Assembly: GCA_002507425.1 (NCBI GenBank)
Contig: DAZU01000114.1
Span: forward strand, 701 to 44,478
Direction of reading: 5' to 3'
Source of the DNA: Euryarchaeota archaeon UBA53
GTDB taxonomy: Archaea > Thermoplasmatota > Poseidoniia > Poseidoniales > Poseidoniaceae
Length of the DNA: 43,778 bases
The notes under the pieces were generated by a model. The model did not search any database. It was not told the origin of the DNA and was given only the letters and a program-made list of their open reading frames with translations. A program made the position numbers and the translations under genes. This document shows positions 1-9,425 of this stretch, in pieces (positions within the stretch are counted from its first letter, which is position 1; each line of letters begins with the position of its first letter).

Positions 1-651
1 GATGGCTCGCCTGAATTATCATGGCGCAACTCGACTATGTTCACCGCTACCTTTGGTTTGTTATCTGTAGATTATCTGAACGAAACTACAGGTGGATTTA
101 TCACAGGATCGGGAGATAAAGTTGACGCAGGTGGTTATGCAATCACAAACATAACATGTTCTGGTTCTAGTGAGGTTAAAGATATACCAGTGGATGTTTG
201 TTCGGCATCTGTAGACCCAACTACACGAGCAATAACTGCTAAACTAATCAAGTCATACAGCATAGTAGATGCAATGACACCTGCTTTACCTATCTACTTC
301 GGCACGGAGATTAACATGTATGCTGAAGAGTTGTCAGGCCTGATAATAAAGGGCGACTCTACTTCTACTTTCTATCTTGACCTCAGGCCTGAGTTTGAGC
401 GGCATGATCAGCCGACAATGGATGATTTACAACCTCTATTCCAAATTATTCAATCATCTGAAATAGAAGATGATGATGCTGACGAGATGAAGAGTAAAAT
501 CGTAACAAATCAAAATTCGCTCACATATTGGACCAACTTTGACGTCCCAACAGACTATGTCGCACTAATGCTATACCTGGGGTCCATGATCCTGTTTGTT
601 CTAGGAATAATCTCGACATTTACAAAAGAAGATGAAAATCTCGTGGAATGA
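1..651 (+). CDS. C-terminal part of a membrane-anchored secreted protein (5' end probably outside window)
   Basis: Frame 1 is open from base 1 with no stop before the first ATG at 37, so the ORF likely continues upstream. An acidic stalk (EIEDDDADE) is followed by one hydrophobic helix (ALMLYLGSMILFVLGIISTF) and a short charged tail. No family recognised. Confidence 0.5.
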   Translation, partial: DGSPELSWRNSTMFTATFGLLSVDYLNETTGGFITGSGDKVDAGGYAITNITCSGSSEVKDIPVDVCSASVDPTTRAITAKLIKSYSIVDAMTPALPIYFGTEINMYAEELSGLIIKGDSTSTFYLDLRPEFERHDQPTMDDLQPLFQIIQSSEIEDDDADEMKSKIVTNQNSLTYWTNFDVPTDYVALMLYLGSMILFVLGIISTFTKEDENLVE

Positions 652-766
652 AACGGATTAACAGTTGGTTTTGAACTTACTAGCTATGTCGTGAGGTATA
701 CGGCAAGGTAGAGTTTCAACCATGCTAAGATTTTAGTTTTTTTACGCTAAGAAGAGGTATGCGAGA

Positions 767-1714
767 TTATTGTCTAAGTGATTGAATCATAGTGTAACAC
801 ATTGACTTGAGATCATAATGTATCTTGAAGCCCCAATCTATCTCTGCCTGTTTACCATCTGTTGCATCAGGCCAAGAGTCTGCATATCTCTGCCGATGAT
901 CTGGTTCAAAATCACAATCAAATTCTGGAATTATCATTTTTATCTCTTGGAATAACTCTTCGGCTGTGAAACTTAGGCACGCAAGATTATACCCCCCTCT
1001 TACTGAAAGATTTTCACTAGGAGCTTCCATCAATTCGATTGTCGCTCTGATTGCATCGTCCATATACATCATAGGCAGTGTTGTTTTCTCATCTACAAAG
1101 CAAGTATACCTTTTACCAGAAACGGCTGCATGGAAAATTTCAACTGCATAATCGGTAGTCCCCCCGCCTGGCATTACCTTCCAAGATATGAGACCCGGAT
1201 ACCTAAGTCCTCTAATATCTACATCATGAGTCGCATGATAATATTCTGCTAGAAGTTCGCCTGATACTTTTGTGATTCCGTATATAGTGGCAGGATTTAG
1301 AGGAGAATTTTGATTTGCAACCCCTATTACGTCTGACCCGAAGACTGCAATTGATGAAGGTGCGAAAATCCTGAACTTATAGTTTCTAGATAACTCGCAT
1401 ATGTTCAAGAGCCCCCCCATGTTAATTTTCCAACATAGCTCAGGATTATTCTCCCCAGATGCGGACAATAATGCTGCTAAATGGTATACTTCATTTATGT
1501 CAAATTTTTGAATAATCCTTTCTATCTCTTCTTTATTCAAAACATCTAGTTTGTGAAATTTTATCCCTGAACTTTCCAACTTATTCGAATCTCTAATATC
1601 TGTTGCAATAATTGAATCTGCACCATATCTAGACGAGAGAGCTTCTAGAAGCTCCATCCCTATCTGGCCTAGGGCTCCTGTGACTAGGATACGTCTCTCC
1701 AAAGTCTCGCCCAT
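767..1714 (-). CDS. tdh: L-threonine 3-dehydrogenase, short-chain (GalE/epimerase-like) type
   Basis: Rossmann motif ILVTGALGQIG. Collinear by eye with SDR-type TDH enzymes (YGITK catalytic Tyr-x-x-x-Lys, PGGGTTDYAVEIFHAA, LPMMYMDDAIRATIELMEAP, DSWP). 315 aa. Confidence 0.8.
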   Translation of the reverse strand: MGETLERRILVTGALGQIGMELLEALSSRYGADSIIATDIRDSNKLESSGIKFHKLDVLNKEEIERIIQKFDINEVYHLAALLSASGENNPELCWKINMGGLLNICELSRNYKFRIFAPSSIAVFGSDVIGVANQNSPLNPATIYGITKVSGELLAEYYHATHDVDIRGLRYPGLISWKVMPGGGTTDYAVEIFHAAVSGKRYTCFVDEKTTLPMMYMDDAIRATIELMEAPSENLSVRGGYNLACLSFTAEELFQEIKMIIPEFDCDFEPDHRQRYADSWPDATDGKQAEIDWGFKIHYDLKSMCYTMIQSLRQ

Positions 1715-1808
1715 ATAACGAGTAGATTACAGTCGATACTTGAACATAAAGGTAAGAGAAAAATTGCGCTGAGCACGAAAATACAAAGAAATAATTTGTA
1801 TGTGAATT

Positions 1809-3398
1809 TCATTCTGGATTCATACCTTGTAATCCCTGTTCTACCTCTTCAGGTAGTTGTGCATCCATCTGAGCCCATAATACGTCATCTATCCTTAGGA
1901 TGCTTATGGCTGTCTCAGTTGCGCCTGAAATCGCCTGTTTTGTTATTCCAATCGGCTCTAGAATACCTTCAGTTATTGTGTTGATTGGCTCGCCTTTCTC
2001 TAATCCTAAACCCATAAAATCTCCATCCAAATTTTGAGATGCTGTTAGTTTTAGTAAGCAATCGGTGCCATCGTAACCTGCATTCAGGGCGAGGGCTCTA
2101 GGGATGGATTCGATAGCATCTGCCCACGCCTCAATGGCCATTTGTTCGCGGCCTGGGATTGATTCAGCATACCTTCTAAGCCTCCTAGCAATGGCAACTT
2201 GGGTTGAACCCGCACCGGGCAGTAAAACCGGTTCTTCTTGTAACTGACAAGCAACTCCAAGCCCGTCAGCAAAACAGCGCTCAACTTCGCTTAACACTTC
2301 ATCCGTGCTTCCTCGAACAATCAGAGTTGCACCAGAATCCGTTCCGTTCAAAATCCAGTGGTTTACTCCACCACGTAGTTCTTCTTTTGTAGAGGCAAAT
2401 GTCCCCAGATCTTCTTCTGTGGCCCTGGAAGCATCTAACACTAAATTAGCATTGCATGCACGCGAAATAAGGTCGAGATCATTCTTTTCAACACGCCTGT
2501 ATGCAACAATTCCATGGTCCAATAACATCTGTCTTGCTTCATCATCTACTCCATCTTTACAAGCCAATAAATCACAACCAATTCTTACCAAGTTTTCAAC
2601 CTGTAACCTCAATAATTTGGATTCAGATTTTTTAAACGCATCTAACATTCCTGTCGTGCTTATTTTCAGCTTTGCATCAAATTTTGGTTGTTTTTTCTCG
2701 ATACCTCCATCGAGGATCAAGATTTTCCCCTTTTCACCCCTCTCTACCATGTCGGGATGTATCTTGCTTTTCGCAAGGGCTAGACCTGTAATCAGTTCAG
2801 TATCGGTCATGGCACCTCCGTTCTGTTTAGTTATCTTTACTAGGGTAGGGTCTGATCTTTTGTCACTGAGAATTATCTTGCTAGCCTTATGTGATAATTC
2901 AGACAGATGTTTCTCCATGGCATGATCGAGTTTACCAGAGAGCGATGTCCGTATAGCCGAGCGAATTTGTTTTTCATTAGCATCAATCGAAATATCTCTC
3001 AGCGCATCTATTGCATACTTTTCTGCTTGAGAAAAACCTCTAGCTACTATTGCAGGATGGATCCCTTGTCTTACTAACTCCCATGCATTTCTAAGCATTT
3101 CAGCACACATAACAACCGTGGTTGATGTGCCATCCCTTGCAACCTTATCCTGCGTTGAGGATGTGTTGATAATCATTTTAGCGACAGGATGTTCTACCCT
3201 TGCATTCTCTAATACTGTTACTCCATCGTTGGTAACAAGTGTCCTACCCTGATCATCTATCAACAATTTATCAAGTCCTTTTGGACCCAAGGTAGAGCGG
3301 ACTGCCCCTGCAAGGGCTATGGCTGCCTGCACATTTTTTCGGAGGGCTTCTCGGCCGCTGGTCCTTTCCGTAGATTCTAGAATAGTTTCCTCCGCCAT
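1809..3398 (-). CDS. ths: Thermosome subunit (group II chaperonin)
   Basis: Motifs TLGPKGLDKLL, TNDGVTVL and DGTSTTVV (GDGTTT-type nucleotide motif), with size typical of thermosomes. The ORF track starts at TTG 3443. The first ATG (3398, MAEETILE) gives the usual N-terminus. Confidence 0.95.
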   Translation of the reverse strand: MAEETILESTERTSGREALRKNVQAAIALAGAVRSTLGPKGLDKLLIDDQGRTLVTNDGVTVLENARVEHPVAKMIINTSSTQDKVARDGTSTTVVMCAEMLRNAWELVRQGIHPAIVARGFSQAEKYAIDALRDISIDANEKQIRSAIRTSLSGKLDHAMEKHLSELSHKASKIILSDKRSDPTLVKITKQNGGAMTDTELITGLALAKSKIHPDMVERGEKGKILILDGGIEKKQPKFDAKLKISTTGMLDAFKKSESKLLRLQVENLVRIGCDLLACKDGVDDEARQMLLDHGIVAYRRVEKNDLDLISRACNANLVLDASRATEEDLGTFASTKEELRGGVNHWILNGTDSGATLIVRGSTDEVLSEVERCFADGLGVACQLQEEPVLLPGAGSTQVAIARRLRRYAESIPGREQMAIEAWADAIESIPRALALNAGYDGTDCLLKLTASQNLDGDFMGLGLEKGEPINTITEGILEPIGITKQAISGATETAISILRIDDVLWAQMDAQLPEEVEQGLQGMNPE

Positions 3399-3511
3399 CG
3401 GTTTGGCCACAAACCAACCCTCCTTCAAACTGTTGCGTGGCAAAAACGCTTAGTTCATATATGGGTTGTTTTTAGGACTATACAACCGATGGTTAAGTAG
3501 TGGCGAGCGAC

Positions 3512-4213
3512 ATGGCTGAAGATTGGGAAGAAAAAATGATACAAAAAATGGCTGAAGTGTTCAAGAATATGGGTATGCCTGTTGATACAGAACAGCTTCG
3601 CGCCATGCTAAATCAGTTTAGATCTCAGTTTGACGCAATGGGAATTGATCCCGAAAGACTGGCAAAAGGAGATGTTAATTTCAACTTCGATATGTCGAAT
3701 ATTATGAAACTCTTTCAATCTGGAATGCCACTTGATGAAATGTTTTCAAATCTAGGCGTAGATGTCAAAGTTGACGCTGCCCCTGCGATAGTAGACATAG
3801 AAGACGATACTCCTTCAAACGGTATTCTAAAATTACCCGCTGACGACATATACCTCTCAGGTTGGAATATGTCAATCACAGTAGACTTTTCTACCAGATC
3901 CGATTTTAACGAAATTGAAATTGCATTGGCGAGTGGTGGAGATGTTCTGCAGGTTCTTTCTGACCCAACAGACCCTCCACTAGCGCAAATCGAGCTGCCA
4001 CATCAATGCGATGATGTTGTTGATTGGTCCTTAAATAACGGAATTTTGGATATAACTCTAAAGTTAACTCCTCAGGGTTCAGCCCTAGAAATTGAAAAAA
4101 TAGAACTCGATAATGAAATCGAAGATGATAATTCTCCAATTGTTTCAGATGTCAGTGTCGACCTTGCGGATGATGATGACGAAGATGAAGATGGAGGAAT
4201 ACCGATTTTCTAA
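3512..4213 (+). CDS. Acidic Met-rich protein with alpha-crystallin (Hsp20)-like domain and C-terminal I-P-I motif
   Basis: There are 11 Met in the first ~80 residues. The central segment DIYLSGWNMSITVDF...NEIEIAL..GGDVLQV...IELPHQCDDVVDWSLNNGILDITLKL resembles the ACD core and its terminal A-x-x-NGvL-x-I-x-lpK strand. The poly-Asp/Glu tail ends in GGIPIF, like the sHSP IxI anchoring motif. The track start is GTG 3500 and the first ATG is 3512. Confidence 0.5.
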   Translation: MAEDWEEKMIQKMAEVFKNMGMPVDTEQLRAMLNQFRSQFDAMGIDPERLAKGDVNFNFDMSNIMKLFQSGMPLDEMFSNLGVDVKVDAAPAIVDIEDDTPSNGILKLPADDIYLSGWNMSITVDFSTRSDFNEIEIALASGGDVLQVLSDPTDPPLAQIELPHQCDDVVDWSLNNGILDITLKLTPQGSALEIEKIELDNEIEDDNSPIVSDVSVDLADDDDEDEDGGIPIF

Positions 4214-4235
4214 ATCGGAACAAGGAAGTGAATAA

Positions 4236-6122
4236 ATGACAAAAAGTAATGTTATCGGAATAGATCTTGGAACAACCAACTCTTGTGTTGCCACAATAGA
4301 AAATGGCGAGGCTGTCGTTATACCAAACGCAGAGGGTGCTAGAACAACTCCATCAGTTGTTGCATTTTCGAAAGACGGTGGAGATAGACTGGTTGGAGTT
4401 ACAGCAAAAAGACAGGCCGTAACCAATCACGAGAGAACAATGATATCAGTCAAAAGGCACATGGGAACTGAATGGTCTGTTACGGTAGATGATTCTGACT
4501 ACACGCCGCAAGAAGTCTCGGCTTTCATATTGCAAAAATTAAAGGCAGACGCTGAGGCTTACCTTGGGACTAAGGTTAAGCAAGCAGTAATTACCTGCCC
4601 TGCTTATTTTACTGATGCCCAAAGGAAAGCAACAAAAGACGCTGGACGAATTGCTGGACTAGAGGTTCTAAGAATCATTAACGAACCAACTGCTGCGGCT
4701 CTTGCATACGGTGTGGATAAGGAAGAGGATCAAACCATATTGGTGTATGACCTTGGTGGTGGAACTTTCGACGTATCTGTTCTGGAAATTTATGATGTTG
4801 ACGGGCAACCTCAAATTGAAGTAAAGGCAACAGCAGGGAACAATAAACTAGGTGGGGACGACTTTGATGAGGTCCTTATCGATTACTTGGTTGCCGAATA
4901 TAAGAAATCCTCAGGTATAGATCTTTCAAAAGATGTTCAAGCCATGAGCAGACTAAAAGAAGCGGCTGAAAAGGCAAAGATTGAACTTTCTGGAACCGGT
5001 CAGTCCCAAGTAAATCTTCCATTCATAACAATGAAGGATGGACAACCTGAACATCTAGATCTAACCGTATCCAAATCCAAATTTGAAGAACTTATTGCTC
5101 CTCTAGTCGAGAAGACAATGAAGCCGACCAGGCAAGCTATGAAAGATGCTGGAATTTCCAAGGGGGAAGTCGACAAGGTCATTCTAGTGGGTGGTTCTAC
5201 TAGAGTCCCGGCAGTGCAGTCTGCTATTGAGAAGGAAACTGGCAAGTCACCGTTCAAGGGAATTAACCCTGATGAAGCAGTTGCCATGGGAGCTGCCCTT
5301 CAAGCAGGTATTATCGCAGGAGATGAAGGTGTTTCTGACATTCTTTTATTGGATGTGACACCTCTTACTTTGGGAATTGAGACTTTAGGTGGAGTCACCA
5401 CAACCATGATTGAAAGGAATACTACAATTCCAAGCCGTCGCTCAGAAGTGTTCTCAACTGCAAGCGATAACCAGCCTGCGGTCGAAATTCACGTATTACA
5501 GGGTGAGAGAGAGTTTGCCAAGGACAATGTAAGTCTAGGACAATTCCACTTGATGGGTATTCCACCTGCACCACGTGGCATACCTCAAATTGAAGTCACA
5601 TTCGATATCGATGCAAACGGTATTGTCAACGTGTCTGCTAAGGACAAGGGAACTGGAAAAGAACAATCTATCAAGATTGAATCAGATACCTCCCTGAGCG
5701 AAGATGAGATTCAGGCTAAGATTGCAGAGGCAGAAGAATTCGCTGAGGCTGACAAGCGATTGAAGGCTCAAGTGGAAATGAAAAACATGGCTGATCAAAT
5801 TGTTTACCAAACTCGCAGAACCATTGACGAGGCTGGAGAGAAACTCAGTGATGAGGATAAGGAACCTGTCTTATCTAAGGTCGATGAATTAGAAGCGCTT
5901 CTTCAAAATGAAGAAGGTGTTGCAAAGGAACTTGATGAGATCGATGAAGCTGCTGTCCAAGCAAAAGTCAAGGAAATTGAGGAAGGCATGCACGCAATCT
6001 CCGCTAAATTGTATGAAGCTGCTGCAGCAGAAATGGCTGAGCAAGAAGCGGGTGAAGCACCGACTGAGGATGGAGTTGTCGACGCTGACTTTGAAGTAGT
6101 CGAAGAAGACGAAGATGAGTGA
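4236..6122 (+). CDS. dnaK: Hsp70 chaperone DnaK
   Basis: [26 protein letters not shown] and [14 protein letters not shown], with full-length collinearity to DnaK. AGGAAGTG Shine-Dalgarno-like element before the ATG. Acidic C-terminus EEDEDE. Confidence 0.97.
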   Translation: MTKSNVIGIDLGTTNSCVATIENGEAVVIPNAEGARTTPSVVAFSKDGGDRLVGVTAKRQAVTNHERTMISVKRHMGTEWSVTVDDSDYTPQEVSAFILQKLKADAEAYLGTKVKQAVITCPAYFTDAQRKATKDAGRIAGLEVLRIINEPTAAALAYGVDKEEDQTILVYDLGGGTFDVSVLEIYDVDGQPQIEVKATAGNNKLGGDDFDEVLIDYLVAEYKKSSGIDLSKDVQAMSRLKEAAEKAKIELSGTGQSQVNLPFITMKDGQPEHLDLTVSKSKFEELIAPLVEKTMKPTRQAMKDAGISKGEVDKVILVGGSTRVPAVQSAIEKETGKSPFKGINPDEAVAMGAALQAGIIAGDEGVSDILLLDVTPLTLGIETLGGVTTTMIERNTTIPSRRSEVFSTASDNQPAVEIHVLQGEREFAKDNVSLGQFHLMGIPPAPRGIPQIEVTFDIDANGIVNVSAKDKGTGKEQSIKIESDTSLSEDEIQAKIAEAEEFAEADKRLKAQVEMKNMADQIVYQTRRTIDEAGEKLSDEDKEPVLSKVDELEALLQNEEGVAKELDEIDEAAVQAKVKEIEEGMHAISAKLYEAAAAEMAEQEAGEAPTEDGVVDADFEVVEEDEDE

Positions 6123-6399
6123 TAACTAGGTTCCTCTGTGAAGGTGCACTTGTATTCCGATGTCTTTGTAGCCGCGAACAGTGAGTAATGGGTTAGGAAT
6201 TGTAGTGTCAATACCTTCCATATGTGAGCAAATGTGAATCGGAAATACTCGCGTCGCAAAGATATGTGGTGAATAGTTTGTTTTTCCTTCTACATGTATC
6301 TACCAACGCTAATTGGATTATGAGAAAATCGCATGCGAGGTAGGAAAAATACACGAATATAGGACAATCTTGAATATACGTCAGTATCGCCTTTTGTAC

Positions 6400-7872
6400 A
6401 TGTCGGACGTAATAGCAATCCTAGACAAGATGCGCGCCTCCAGTGGCCATGCAGATACAGTAGGATTGTCAAATGACGTTATACTAGATTTTGTTTCTAG
6501 AGATAAGAAACTGATACAAGCTGTAGAGGAAGCTGAAACTAAGCAAAAAGAGTTTTCAAACGAATTGTTAATGATGAACGAATCAGACTTAGTCTCTCAT
6601 CTCCAAGAAGACTTTGTTAATTTCTATGCCCCTGCAACAATCAACCCATATGTAGCCTTAGCTGCAAGAGGGCCATGGATTGTAACATCACATGGTGCAG
6701 TTGTTCATGACAATGGAGGGTATGGTATGCTTGGAGGAGGGCACGGTCCTGAAGATATCATAGATGCTATGAGCCAAAACCACGTTATGGCCAACGTAAT
6801 GACTGCCTCAATTTCTCATGCAAGACTGGCCTCTGCACTAAAGAAAGAACTTGGTCACACTCGAGGAAGTTGTCCATTTTCCAAGTTCATATGCATGAAT
6901 TCTGGTTCAGAATCAATGACTGTTGCAATGAGAATTTGCGATGTAAACTCAAAGAAGATGACTGGACCGGGGGGTCGTTATGAAGGCAAACCAGTGAAAC
7001 TACTTGCAATCGAAAGAGCGTTTCATGGCAGGACTGACCGGCCTGCGCAGATTTCTCATTCGTGTATGGGCAAATATGACAAGGTGCTAAAGACATTTGC
7101 TGAAAGAGATAATCTAATTCTAGTTCCCTCAAACAATATCTCAGCTTTACAGGCAGCCTTTGCAGACGCCGAGCAAAGGGGTTACTTCATCGAATCGATG
7201 TCGATAGAACCTGTTCAAGGAGAAGGAAATCCTGGCCAATGTATTGACAGAGATTTCTATGATGAAGCACGTCGGCTTACAAATGAGCATGGCTCAATGT
7301 TAATCGTCGATTCTATTCAAGCGGGTATTAGAGGGCAAGGAACTCTCTCGTTAGTGGACTACGAAGGTTTCCAAGATGCAGAAGCTCCTGACTTAGAAAC
7401 CTGGTCTAAGGCTTTGAATGCCGGACAGTACCCATTGTCTGTTCTAGGTTTGAATGACAGAGCGGCGGAACTATACGTTGTGGGAATATATGGAAATACC
7501 ATGACTACAAACCCAAGAGCTCTAGAAACCGCCGTTGCTGTTTTGGAGAAGATCACACCCGACTTACGACAAAATATTCGTGAAAGAGGAGTTGAGTTTG
7601 TGGACAAATTGAAAGCTCTGGCTGAAGAAATTCCCGGAGTAATTACACGAGTTCAGGGAACTGGTTTGTTGCTTTCTGCTGAACTCGATCCTGAAAAAAT
7701 GAAGGTCGTTGGATTCGATGATGTCGAAGTTTGGTGCCGTAAGCATGGTCTAGGTGTAATCCATGGTGGAATTAATGCCCTAAGATACACTCCGCACTTC
7801 AACATCACAACTGAAGAAGTAGACCTTGTAATAGAAATTACAAGGCGAGCTATTACTTATTTTTCTCAGTAA
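6400..7872 (+). CDS. Class-III PLP-dependent aminotransferase (acetylornithine/omega-aminotransferase-like) with long N-terminal extension
   Basis: MNSGSESM, ERAFHGRT, IVDSIQAGIRGQG (variant of DEVQ-G-GRTG) and the candidate PLP lysine in ETWSKALNAG. The track start TTG 6313 is unlikely, so I use the first ATG at 6400. About 80 residues precede the usual fold. Confidence 0.8.
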   Translation: MSDVIAILDKMRASSGHADTVGLSNDVILDFVSRDKKLIQAVEEAETKQKEFSNELLMMNESDLVSHLQEDFVNFYAPATINPYVALAARGPWIVTSHGAVVHDNGGYGMLGGGHGPEDIIDAMSQNHVMANVMTASISHARLASALKKELGHTRGSCPFSKFICMNSGSESMTVAMRICDVNSKKMTGPGGRYEGKPVKLLAIERAFHGRTDRPAQISHSCMGKYDKVLKTFAERDNLILVPSNNISALQAAFADAEQRGYFIESMSIEPVQGEGNPGQCIDRDFYDEARRLTNEHGSMLIVDSIQAGIRGQGTLSLVDYEGFQDAEAPDLETWSKALNAGQYPLSVLGLNDRAAELYVVGIYGNTMTTNPRALETAVAVLEKITPDLRQNIRERGVEFVDKLKALAEEIPGVITRVQGTGLLLSAELDPEKMKVVGFDDVEVWCRKHGLGVIHGGINALRYTPHFNITTEEVDLVIEITRRAITYFSQ

Positions 7873-9369
7873 TCACTGACCAGTAATCAAGTGATGAAGT
7901 GTTCTGACATGGATGCCAGTTGCTCCAGTTTTCACTAATTTGTTGGTTTTTGCACCCCAAGCGGTTCCAGCGATATCCAAATGCGCCCAAGGAATTTGTT
8001 CATCTGAATCTTTTCCATTGGGAACGAATTGCTTCAAGAATGCTGCTGCAGTGTTAGAGCCTCCCCACCTACCTGCACCGAGGTTTCGAACGTCTGCAAT
8101 CTTAGAGTCTGTCATTTCTTTTTCAAATGCTTTGAAAAGTGGCATAGGCCAAGCAATCTCACCACAATGTTCGCCCGCTTTCTTTATGTTATTCAGTAAT
8201 TCATCATTGTTGGACCACAGACCACTTGCCTCGTGTCCCAGAGCCACAACACATGCACCGGTTAAAGTCGCTAAGTCGATTATATAGGATGGATTGAGCT
8301 TCATTCCTGTATACCACAAACCGTCCGCCAAGACAAGTCGGCCTTCTGCATCTGTGTTCAGAACTTCGACTGTCTTTCCAGAGTATGTCTTGATTACGTC
8401 CCCTGGGCGCTGAGCGTTAGAAGATGGCATATTCTCTGCCATACAAGCGACTCCAATTACCCTGTCTTTATGGCCGGATGCAACGATTGCCTGCATGACT
8501 CCAAATGTTGTAGCTGAACCGTGCATGTCATACTTCATTTCGTCCATGGACGGCGGTGGTTTTAGTGAAATACCACCAGTATCGAATGTTATACCTTTAC
8601 CAACAATGCAAGGACTTGGCCCGGGCTTGTCTCCGTTTATTTCAAAGATAACCATACAAGGCTTTCTTGCAGAACCCATTCCGACCCCGACTAAACCTCC
8701 CATGCCAAGAGAAAGAGCCTCATCGTAAGTGATTACCTTAACGTGAACGTTTTCATGCTCCTCTCCAAATTCAATTGCTTGTTGAGCGTAGGCCATAGGA
8801 TAGAGATCGTTTGGTGGAGCATTTCCTAAATCTCTAGCGAGGTAGACGCCAGTTGCAACTGCGGCGGATAATTCGGCTGATTCTTGAAGAGATTTCGTTT
8901 TGTCATTTTCACATGTCACATGTGCGGTTATTTCCCCACTTTCAGAATCATCATCATCGTCTTTGGATTTGTATTTGTCATACGAGTAATCTCGCAATAT
9001 CATTCCTTCAACAAAAGCACCCATGTGTTCGACCTCAACACCAGCAAATTTCACTGTTAGAGTCTTTCCATGCATTTTCTTCAGACCTGCTGTTATCTTT
9101 GCACCAGCTTCGCGCATTGACTGTAAAGTAGCGTCTTCCATCTTTCCTAAACCTACGAGAATTGCTTTGCCTCCTTCGGTTCCTGCAAGTGTCATAACTG
9201 AGCCAGATTTACCCTTGAAGTCACCTGCACTCAGGACTAGCTCAATTTGACTCTTGAGGGTGCGATGGACCCCCTCTTCTGTGCCTTGCGCCATGCCCTT
9301 ACTATCTTGCCATACTGGAAGAACTAGTGTTCCGTTAATATTTCCGTTAGTGTCTACCATTACCTTCAT
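7873..9369 (-). CDS. pepA: Leucyl aminopeptidase, M17 family
   Basis: Signature NTDAEGRLVLAD and VGKGITFDTGGISLKP. I prefer the start at MKVMVDT (9369) over the upstream ATG at 9417. Confidence 0.9.
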   Translation of the reverse strand: MKVMVDTNGNINGTLVLPVWQDSKGMAQGTEEGVHRTLKSQIELVLSAGDFKGKSGSVMTLAGTEGGKAILVGLGKMEDATLQSMREAGAKITAGLKKMHGKTLTVKFAGVEVEHMGAFVEGMILRDYSYDKYKSKDDDDDSESGEITAHVTCENDKTKSLQESAELSAAVATGVYLARDLGNAPPNDLYPMAYAQQAIEFGEEHENVHVKVITYDEALSLGMGGLVGVGMGSARKPCMVIFEINGDKPGPSPCIVGKGITFDTGGISLKPPPSMDEMKYDMHGSATTFGVMQAIVASGHKDRVIGVACMAENMPSSNAQRPGDVIKTYSGKTVEVLNTDAEGRLVLADGLWYTGMKLNPSYIIDLATLTGACVVALGHEASGLWSNNDELLNNIKKAGEHCGEIAWPMPLFKAFEKEMTDSKIADVRNLGAGRWGGSNTAAAFLKQFVPNGKDSDEQIPWAHLDIAGTAWGAKTNKLVKTGATGIHVRTLHHLITGQ

Positions 9370-9425
9370 TGTCTCACCATACCAACGCAGATGTGTTTGG
9401 CTCTTGAAGATGTGCATGATACGGC

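Noticed and set aside
2305-2925. 206-aa plus-strand ORF (with smaller ones at 1796-1984, 2084-2284 and 2204-2392) inside the thermosome gene
   Set aside because: It lies entirely within a confidently identified gene. The sequence is low-complexity and Ser/Pro/Leu-rich with no motifs, which is a typical shadow ORF.
3512-4213. Whether the gene upstream of dnaK is simply a divergent GrpE
   Set aside because: It has no long paired N-terminal helix followed by a four-helix bundle, and none of the conserved GrpE C-terminal motifs (for example the FDP..H.A context). The C-terminal half instead matches the alpha-crystallin strand pattern.
6123-6399. 277-bp spacer after dnaK examined for a small RNA (C/D-box, riboswitch) or a missed dnaJ remnant
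   Set aside because: I found no box C (RUGAUGA) with box D (CUGA) pairing, no convincing stem-loops and no J-domain-like reading frame. The only features are an oligo-T run (TTTGTTTTTCC at about 6278) and TATA-like elements consistent with a terminator plus promoter.
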